DNA of 64,000 bases. It comes from Thermoanaerobaculaceae bacterium. GTDB lineage: Bacteria; Acidobacteriota; Thermoanaerobaculia; Multivoradales; UBA5704. The first letter of the stretch is position 1; every line of letters starts with the position of its first letter. The stretch is from assembly GCA_963778565.1 (NCBI GenBank), contig CAVZUZ010000009.1, positions 868,418 through 932,417 on the forward strand. Reading direction: 5' to 3'. Of this stretch, positions 56,643 through 64,000 are shown in pieces. The translations under genes and the position numbers were made by a program. The notes under the pieces were generated by a model, which saw only the letters and a program-made list of their open reading frames with translations, ran no database searches and was not told where the DNA came from.

Positions 56643-58040
56643 TCATCTGCGTGATGCATGAGCTGTTACTTCCGCTCCAGCAGAAGGAGCAAAGGCCAAC
56701 CCAGTCTTTTCGGAGACAGCACTGACGCTTGTCCGAAAGATGCTCACGTCCTTGTTCTTCAAGGGAGCGTAGGCGTTCGGCACGATGTGCGCCTCTACCG
56801 AAGAAGCGCTTTTGCCGGCATACATCACCTGGAAAAAATGTGTGGGTACGGGCACACGGTTCGGTCCCATAAGCGTCACATTAACGGTCGCGTTACCCGG
56901 AGCGGAATCATAGATTGGGCCGCGAATGACATAGACGTCATTGCCCGCCATCGCCTTAGCGCTCGTATACTCCTCAAGCGCCAACCACATCCGTTGATTT
57001 ACATACGATAACTGTGGTACTACCGCGCTCAAGTAGAAGATCTTAAGAGTTGATGCCTCTCCCAGGCCGAAGAGATCCGCTCTTCGAACGAGGTGTCCTC
57101 GATCGAAATCATTGTTGCGGTAATCAGCGGGCGATGCCTGGTAACGTTCCGGCAGCTCCGGGTCCGACACGAATCGATCGGGACGACGCCGAATGGTTTC
57201 TCCAGGCACGATACGGTATGCCACCCACCGTGGCAGGCGGAGAAGCGGGCTGAAGCCAACCGTGAACTCGCGGCGGATGATGACAGTTTCTGCGTCTGGC
57301 AACGTGAACGGGAACGTAGAGACAGCGCCGGCCTCAGTAATCATGTGGGGTGCACGTTCATCGCCTCGCCACCGCAGATAACTCGGAGGGATCTGCGCAA
57401 ACTCACCTGCTGAAGACTCCGTGAGTGCCGACTCGATCCATGACTCTTCAGGTATGTCCACTAATCGAACGAGTTGAAATCCTCGCTTGGTCTTTTCGTT
57501 TATCTGCGCATCACTCTTCAGTACAAAGACGCCTGCGGCCGGATCGTCCGATTTCTGTATCCTTACGGCGAACACATCGGCGGCGTCGACGTCAAACTCG
57601 GCTCTCCCCGAGTCATCGGTGAGCCGCCGCACGACCTCAGTCCGGAGTTTGTGGTCCACCGTTACAGGCATGCCTTTTACGTACTGTTCCGGAACATCGT
57701 CCCGACGAACGATCTGGACGGCAAACTTACCTTCTCGTTCGTGCGACAGATCCCTTACTCGGAGGCCGAAGACAACTGCCGCAGTGCCGGCGGCAACAGC
57801 ACACAGGTAGAGTAGCGCCGGTCGGCGCAGAAGCGCTTTCATGACGCTTCTGGCGAGATCCGTCACCCAGGCGTCCTTCTTCGAGGCCCAGAATACGGCT
57901 GCGACGCACGCCGCAAACGACACCAGCGCCGGCAGAGCTTTGACCCAAGGATTGTTCGCCTTGATGATGGAGAAGACCGAGAACTCGAACACGAGAGCTC
58001 CGGCCGCCAAGACCAAGACTAGGACGGCTACTCGCAACAT
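56643..58040 (-). CDS. Membrane-anchored DNA/RNA non-specific endonuclease (Serratia NucA-type)
   Basis: Three N-terminal TM segments; PRWVAY, FDRGHL, NQRMW..LE, VPTHFF. Confidence 0.82.
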   Translation of the reverse strand: MLRVAVLVLVLAAGALVFEFSVFSIIKANNPWVKALPALVSFAACVAAVFWASKKDAWVTDLARSVMKALLRRPALLYLCAVAAGTAAVVFGLRVRDLSHEREGKFAVQIVRRDDVPEQYVKGMPVTVDHKLRTEVVRRLTDDSGRAEFDVDAADVFAVRIQKSDDPAAGVFVLKSDAQINEKTKRGFQLVRLVDIPEESWIESALTESSAGEFAQIPPSYLRWRGDERAPHMITEAGAVSTFPFTLPDAETVIIRREFTVGFSPLLRLPRWVAYRIVPGETIRRRPDRFVSDPELPERYQASPADYRNNDFDRGHLVRRADLFGLGEASTLKIFYLSAVVPQLSYVNQRMWLALEEYTSAKAMAGNDVYVIRGPIYDSAPGNATVNVTLMGPNRVPVPTHFFQVMYAGKSASSVEAHIVPNAYAPLKNKDVSIFRTSVSAVSEKTGLAFAPSAGAEVTAHASRR

Positions 58041-58188
58041 GATTCTAAGTCTACTACTGACGCTTGCGTCCGCCTAACACGCCGCCTCGTCAGTCTGGCG
58101 CAAGAAACTTGGGTCCGAGCGAAACAGGGGACATTGAATTTTCGCTTTCCAGCGGCGGAACTCCGCAGAGGAGGGAGGCGCCCGGCTC

Positions 58189-58653
58189 CTACCTGCGAGA
58201 GATGTACACGCCCTTTTCCGACATCGAGCGGTCGATCGAGAGCCGGCCGCTGCCCCGGACCATGACGGCGAGCGCGATGCCGATCGCCAGCAGGTGGTAC
58301 TCGAACCCTTCTCCCTTCTGGTTGCCGTACCAGTTCATGAAGAAGCCGTTCTGCAGGTGGACCATGAAGATCGCCCCCAGCATCACGCAGAGGACGCCAA
58401 AGGCCCCCACCCGTCCGAGGAAGCCGGTGATCAGAGAAAGAGCGCCGAAAAACTCGGCGATGATCACCAGGAAAGCGATGACCGCCGGCAGCCCCAACTG
58501 GCTGGTGAAGAACTGCATCGTCCCTGAAAAGCCGTTTCCCCCGAACCAGCCCAGCAGCTTCTGGGCCCCGTGCGGGAAGATGACGATGCCCAGGGCGAGC
58601 CGCACGATCAGCATGCCCGTATCGTCATCCGTCTGCATCAGTTTCTTGAGCAT
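58189..58653 (-). CDS. DoxX family membrane protein
   Basis: RLALG..FPHGAQKL.GWFGG.G, GFEYHLL. Confidence 0.9.
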   Translation of the reverse strand: MLKKLMQTDDDTGMLIVRLALGIVIFPHGAQKLLGWFGGNGFSGTMQFFTSQLGLPAVIAFLVIIAEFFGALSLITGFLGRVGAFGVLCVMLGAIFMVHLQNGFFMNWYGNQKGEGFEYHLLAIGIALAVMVRGSGRLSIDRSMSEKGVYISRR

Positions 58654-58709
58654 CGGAGATCCCCCCTTTTCCCTTTGCCATCGTTTGCCGGGATTGTCGC
58701 ACGAACGCG

Positions 58710-60857
58710 CTACGGCGCCGCGGCGACGACGCGAATTCGGGCGTCCAGCGCCCGGGCGCTCCTGCGGTCGGGTCCGGCGAGGAACGGGTTGATGTCGAGC
58801 TCGCGCACCCGCGGGTGACGCTGGGCGAGCTGGGCGAGGCGGAGCAGCACCTCGCAGAGCAGGTCCAGGTCGGCGCCTGGCTCGCCGCGCACCCCTTCCA
58901 GCAGCTTGAAGCCGCGGATGCCCCGGATGGTGTCGCGGGCTTCCTGCGCGTCGAGCGGCGTGACCGCGAAGCGGACGTCCTGGAACACCTCGACGTACTT
59001 GCCGCCGAGCCCGAACATCAGCAGCGGGCCGAAGCGGGGATCGGTGGTGATGCCGAAGATCACCTCGTGACCGCCGCGCGCCATCTCCTGGACGAGGAAA
59101 CCCTCCAGAGGATGGCCCGACGCCGTGACCCGGCGCTCCATCTCCGCGGCCGCCTCGGCGAGCTCCGCCTCGTCGCGCAGGTCCAGCCGCACGGCCCCGA
59201 CGTCGCTCTTGTGGATGAGGCCGGGGGCCACCGCTTTGAGGACGACGGGAAAGCCGATCTCCCGCGCCGCGGCCTCTGTCTCGTTGCGGTCCCTCGCCAG
59301 CCGCCACCTGGCCAGCGGCACGCCGTAGAGCTCCAGCACGCGGAAGGTGGCCGCAGGATCGAGATAGCCGGCGAGATAGCCGTCGCCATCGCCATCGCCA
59401 TCGCAGACATTGTCGAGGATCGCCGCCACCTTACGGTCGTCGGTCTCGAACTCGGGCGTCGCAAGGTCGGCCGGACGCCTGCGCCAGGCGCCGTAGCGGG
59501 CGAGCTGGAACATCACCCGCGCCGCCGATTCGGGGAAGTGGTAGACGGGCGGCAGGTCGCGGGCCGTCTTCACCGCGTCATAGAACTCCTCGGTCGCCAT
59601 CATCACCGCCAGCACCGGCTTGGGCCGCTGCCGCGCCACGGCGCCGATCGCTTCCAGCACGTCGATGGGGTTGGCGAGAATGGGCGTGACGTTGATGACC
59701 ATCGCCATGTCCACCTGCGGGTCGTCGAGCACGGCGGCGACGGCGCGGGCGTAGTGCCCGGCCGTGGCCGAAGCGATCATGTCGACCGGGTTGGCGGTGC
59801 TCGCTTCCGGCGGCAGGAAAGAGCGCAGCTCGGCGCGGGTCGCCGCCGAGAGGTCGGCCATGCGCAGGCCCAGGTTGACGCAGGCGTCCGTGGCCATGAT
59901 GCCGGGTCCGCCGGCGTTGGTGACGATGCCGACCTGAAAACCGTTGGGGAGAGGACAGCGGGAGAGGGCCCGCGCGACGTCGAACAGCTCTTCGATGGTG
60001 TTGGCGCGCAGCACGCCGCACTGCTCGAGAAACGCCGAGACGGTGACGTCGGTGCCGGCGATGGCGCCGGTGTGGCTGCTGGCGGCCCGCGCTCCCTCGG
60101 CCGTGCGCCCCGACTTGACCACCAGGATCGGCTTCTTGCGCGTCACCCGCTTGGCGATCTCGGTGAACCGCCGCGGGTTGCCGAACGACTCCAGGTACAT
60201 GGCGATGACCCGCGTCTCCCGATCGTCCTCCCAGTGCTCGATCAGGTCGTTGCCCGAGACGTCCGCCTTGTTGCCCATCGAGACGAACTGGGTGAGGCCG
60301 ACGCCCAGGTCCTGCGCCACGTTCAGGATCGCCACGCCCAGGGCGCCGGACTGGCTGACGAAGCCGATGGAGCCCCGCCGTGCCGGCGTCGGCGCGAAGG
60401 TGGCGTCCAGCCGCACGCCGGGATCGGTGTTGATGACTCCCATGCAGTTGGGACCGATCATCCGGATGCCGCCGCCGCGGACGGTCTCGCGCAGCCGCCG
60501 TTCGAAGGCGGCGCCCTCCTCGCCGGTCTCGGAGAAGCCGGCGGTGATGACGATCAATCCACCCACGCCCTTGGCGAGGCACTCCTCCACCACGCCCTCC
60601 ACCAGGTTGCGGGGCACCATGATCACGGCCAGGTCGATCGGGTCGGGAATGGCCGCAACTTTTGGATAGCACTTGAGCGAGTGGATGGCGTGGGCGTGCG
60701 GATTGACCGGGAAGATCGCGCCGCTGAACTCGTTGGCCACCAGGTTGTGGAGCAGGCTGAATCCCAGCGAGTCGCGGCGGCGCGAGGCGCCGATGACGGC
60801 GATGGAGCGGGGCGAGAAGATGGAGTCGAGCGGCCGCGGGGCGGAGTTATCGGTCAC
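58710..60857 (-). CDS. Acetate-CoA ligase (ADP-forming) family, fused CoA-binding plus ATP-grasp
   Basis: PRSIAVIGAS, GPNCMG, SQSGA, SHTG, NPVD, HKSDVG, ELDINP. Confidence 0.9.
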   Translation of the reverse strand: MTDNSAPRPLDSIFSPRSIAVIGASRRRDSLGFSLLHNLVANEFSGAIFPVNPHAHAIHSLKCYPKVAAIPDPIDLAVIMVPRNLVEGVVEECLAKGVGGLIVITAGFSETGEEGAAFERRLRETVRGGGIRMIGPNCMGVINTDPGVRLDATFAPTPARRGSIGFVSQSGALGVAILNVAQDLGVGLTQFVSMGNKADVSGNDLIEHWEDDRETRVIAMYLESFGNPRRFTEIAKRVTRKKPILVVKSGRTAEGARAASSHTGAIAGTDVTVSAFLEQCGVLRANTIEELFDVARALSRCPLPNGFQVGIVTNAGGPGIMATDACVNLGLRMADLSAATRAELRSFLPPEASTANPVDMIASATAGHYARAVAAVLDDPQVDMAMVINVTPILANPIDVLEAIGAVARQRPKPVLAVMMATEEFYDAVKTARDLPPVYHFPESAARVMFQLARYGAWRRRPADLATPEFETDDRKVAAILDNVCDGDGDGDGYLAGYLDPAATFRVLELYGVPLARWRLARDRNETEAAAREIGFPVVLKAVAPGLIHKSDVGAVRLDLRDEAELAEAAAEMERRVTASGHPLEGFLVQEMARGGHEVIFGITTDPRFGPLLMFGLGGKYVEVFQDVRFAVTPLDAQEARDTIRGIRGFKLLEGVRGEPGADLDLLCEVLLRLAQLAQRHPRVRELDINPFLAGPDRRSARALDARIRVVAAAP

Positions 60858-60899
60858 AGTGTTGATCCTTGGCGTCCTTGCTGTCCTTATGGTCCTCGT

Positions 60900-61788
60900 T
60901 CAATTGCTGCTCGCTGCCTCCGGCGCCAATACCAGCAGCCGTTCCGGCGCCAGCCTCACGGCGAGCGGCAGCCGCGCCTGGCAGACGTCGCCGTCCACCT
61001 GCGCCGGGGCGCCGGGCGGCGCGGAGAAGATCACCTCTCGGACCCGACGGCACGCGACGTCTCGCCGTCGCACATGCGCGGAGCGTAGCAGGTCGAAGGC
61101 GAAGGAAAGGGTGGCCGCCCGGCCCGCGCCCCGGAAAGCGACCAGCTCGAGCCAGCCGTCGTCGGGCCGGGCGGCGGGAGCCAGGCGGAACGAGCCGCCG
61201 TATAACGGGATGTTCGATACGGCGGCGAAGGTGACGTCCAGAGGTTCGCCGTCGGCCATGATCTCGAGCGGTGGATAACGATACCGCCACCACTCACGGA
61301 ATCCCTGATAAACGATCGCTCCCTGGCCGAACCGCCACTTGAGGCGAACGTCCAGGACGGCGAGCACCTGGGCATCGAGGCCGGCCGAAACCATCATCAG
61401 GAAGGGATGGCCGCCGGCGAGCCCGACGTCGAGCGGCCGGGCCGGCAGCCGTGTAAGAACGCTGGCGGCTGCCACCGGATCCGGCGGCAGGCCGAGCGCC
61501 CGCGCCAGCAGGTTGACCGTGCCGCCCGGCAGGATTCCCAGGGCCGTCGGACTGCCGAGAAGGCCGGCCGCCGACCTCCCGCAGGGTGCCGTCGCCGCCG
61601 AAGGCGAAGACGACCTCCGCGTCTCCCGCCTGCTCGCGCGCCAGCTCGGTCGCCTGGCCGGGAAACGCCGTGGGAATGGGCTCTACCGCGAAGCCTCCCG
61701 CCCGCAGGATCGCCAGGATCGCATCCAGCCGTCGCGCGTGCCGCTGGCGCCCCGACCGCGGGTTGTAGATCAGGGCGGCGCGGCGCAT
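60900..61788 (-). CDS. Diacylglycerol kinase family lipid kinase, frameshift near 61575
   Basis: IYNPRSG, GGDGT, PGGTVN, YGG, QVDGD. Confidence 0.85.
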
Positions 61789-61810
61789 CGCTGGGCGTCG
61801 GCAGGGGACG

Positions 61811-62840
61811 TCAGAAGAGGGATCCCGTGGTGCCGGGAGGCTGGCGAAGGCCGAGGTGCTGATAGGCGCGGCGGGTGGCGACACGGCCGCGCGGGGTGCG
61901 CTGCAGGAAGCCTTCCTGGATGAGATAGGGCTCGTAGAGGTCCTCGATGCGTGCCGGTGTCCTCACCCACCGCCACCGCCAGCGCCTTGATGCCGGCGGG
62001 CCCGCCGTCGTAGTGCTCGATCAGGGTGCTGAGAATCTTGCGGTCGAGGTCGTCGAACCCGAACTCGTCCACCTCGAGGAGGGTGAGGGCGCGGCGAGCG
62101 ACGTCGAGGTCCACCGCCTTGGCCCGCTCCACCTGAGCGAAGTCGCGCACGCGGCGCAGCAGGCGGTTGGCCACGCGCGGAGTCCCCCGGCTGCGGCGGG
62201 CGATCTCGTCGGCGCCCGCCTGCTCGATGGGCACGTCGAGGAGCTTGGCCGAGCGCAGGACGATCTCCGTCAGCTCCTCCGGCCGGTAGAAGTCGAGCCG
62301 GTGGACGATGCCGAACCGCGCTCTCAAGGGAGCGCTGATGAGGCCCGCCCGTGTGGTCGCCCCCACCAGGGTGAAGCGGGGGAGATCGATCTTCATCGTC
62401 CGCGCCGCCGGGCCCTGGCCGATGACCAGGTCGAGCCGGAAGTCTTCCAGCGCGGGATAGAGGATCTCCTCCACCGTCGGTCCCAGCCGGTGGATCTCGT
62501 CGATGAACAGCACCTCGCCCGCATCGAGGTTGGTCAGGATCGCCGCGAGATCGCCGGCCCGCTCGAGCACCGGCCCGGCGGTGGTGCGCATGGGCGCTCC
62601 CATCTCGGCGGCGATGATGTGGGCGAGAGTCGTCTTGCCCAGTCCCGGCGGGCCGAAGAGGAGCACGTGGTCCAGCGACTCCCGCCGCTCCCGCGCCGCC
62701 CGGATGAACACCCGCAGGTTGTCGATGACCTTCCTCTGGCCGATGTACTCGCCGAGCCGCTGCGGGCGCAGCGACGGCTCGACTCCCAGGTCCTCCGGAT
62801 CGGGAGCGCCGGAGAGGATGCGGTCATCCACGGCGGGCAT
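61811..62840 (-). CDS. ruvB: Holliday junction branch migration helicase RuvB, frameshift near 61950
   Basis: [54 protein letters not shown]. Confidence 0.95.
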
Positions 62841-63023
62841 GGAGCCATTGTAGCGGGTTCGGGCTTTTGAGACAGGGCGGGTCGAGCCCCCTCCCACCGT
62901 CCAGACCCGCTCCTACCCCAGGCAGTTTTTCATCTTGCTGTTCTCGGACCGGGGAGGTGAGGGGCCGCCGGGAATTTGACTCGCCTCCGGCGCTGTCTTA
63001 TATTCCAGCCGGCGCATTTCCGT

Positions 63024-63097
63024 CGGGGCGTAGCGCAGCCTGGTAGCGCACCTGCCTTGGGCGCAGGGGGTCCTCAGTTCAAATCTGGGCGCCCCGA
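63024..63097 (+). tRNA. tRNA-Pro(TGG)
   Basis: CGGGGCG acceptor, cctgc-CT TGG GC-gcagg, GTTCAAATC; CCA not encoded. Confidence 0.92.
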
Positions 63098-63152
63098 TAT
63101 CGACGGCGATCCCGCAAGGTCGTGCCAAGGCCGGACCGGGCCGCGCACACGG

Positions 63153-63228
63153 CTGCCTGTAGCTCAGTGGATAGAGCGGCGGCCTTCTAAGCCGCGGGTC
63201 GGGGGTTCGAATCCCTCCAGGCAGGCCA
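63153..63228 (+). tRNA. tRNA-Arg(TCT)
   Basis: gcggc-CT TCT AA-gccgc, CCA end. Confidence 0.95.
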
Positions 63229-63254
63229 TTGTTCTTCTTCATCCGCGCTTACGA

Positions 63255-63331
63255 GCGCCCTTAGCTCAGCTGGATAGAGCGACAGCCTCCGGAGCTGTAG
63301 GTCAGAGGTTCGAATCCTCTAGGGCGCACCA
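63255..63331 (+). tRNA. tRNA-Arg(CCG)
   Basis: acagc-CT CCG GA-gctgt, CCA end. Confidence 0.95.
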
Positions 63332-63721
63332 TTTAAGCTTCCTGAAATCAGTAGTTTGCGGCCAGGGCCTGAGTCAGGGGACAGGGATGGCCTCGGAGAG
63401 CCCGGCTGTTGCCGTCATAGCCTTGTTCACCTCCCAACGGCCCGGATCATCGACACGTTGCCGCTCCGGAAGGCGGCCAAAGCGCTGGCGGCCGAGTTGG
63501 CGGTCCTCCAGCTCAACTGGCGGGAGACGGACCTGGAGAAGGTCGTAGCCGGCGCTCCCGATCAGGAAAAGGCGCAAGCGCTCCACCGGCATTTCGGCAA
63601 GCTCACCCGCACGTAGCAGGATCGGGGGGAGGTCCTCGGGGCCGCCCTCCATCCTCTCCCGACCCTTGACCTGTAAAATCACGCTTGACACATACGCTTG
63701 CGCCAGCTTACGCTAGCGAAC

Positions 63722-63997
63722 ATGATCCGGAGCTTCCAGCACAAGGGGCTCGCGCAGCTCTGGAACGAGGACGATCCGAAACGAGTGAGAGCCGACTTGC
63801 TCGACCGCGTGCGAGGGCGGCTGACGGCACTCAATGAGGCGCAGGACTTGCGAGAGCTGAACATGCCGGGATGGAGACTCCACCAGCTTCAAGGCAAGCC
63901 CACCCGCTATGCACTCGCGGTCAACGGCCCGTGGCGTATCACCTTTGAATGGGAAGACGGCGACGCCCTACACGTAGACCTTGAGCAGTATCACTGA
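63722..63997 (+). CDS. higB: HigB/RelE-family toxin
   Basis: MIRSFQHKGL...PGWRLHQLQG...VNGPWRITF.W...VDLEQYH; a cognate HigA would lie beyond the window edge. Confidence 0.88.
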   Translation: MIRSFQHKGLAQLWNEDDPKRVRADLLDRVRGRLTALNEAQDLRELNMPGWRLHQLQGKPTRYALAVNGPWRITFEWEDGDALHVDLEQYH

Positions 63998-64000
63998 GGA

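Overview
High-GC bacterial chromosomal DNA spanning the replication origin. The lineage is probably Acidobacteriota or similar, inferred from gene content only. The window carries the parA-parB-bactofilin/rsmG/jag/yidC/yidD/rnpA/rpmH block with two parS sites, then two tRNA-Ser, tadA, SRP RNA, dnaX-ybaB-recR, mutY, a RimK operon and sppA. These are followed by dnaA-oriC-dnaN-recF-gyrB-(insert)-gyrA, housekeeping enzymes and a radical SAM/metallophosphoesterase/flavoprotein triad. The right part holds a type III PKS-methyltransferase-ACP-FAAL-oxidoreductase-YceI lipid cluster split by a PIN toxin-antitoxin insert, a membrane-anchored nuclease, ruvB, three tRNAs and a HigB toxin. Many essential genes (dnaA, gyrA, dnaX, yidC, ruvB) carry small frameshifts, most likely long-read indel errors. 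The most striking unexplained structure is in the mutY-rimK intergenic region (about 19700-20300). It holds two tandem, homologous, minus-strand non-coding units, each with a sigma54 -24/-12 promoter, a long closing stem, two conserved internal hairpins, repeated AGCCA motifs and a 3' hairpin/terminator. I interpret them as a candidate paralogous sRNA family.
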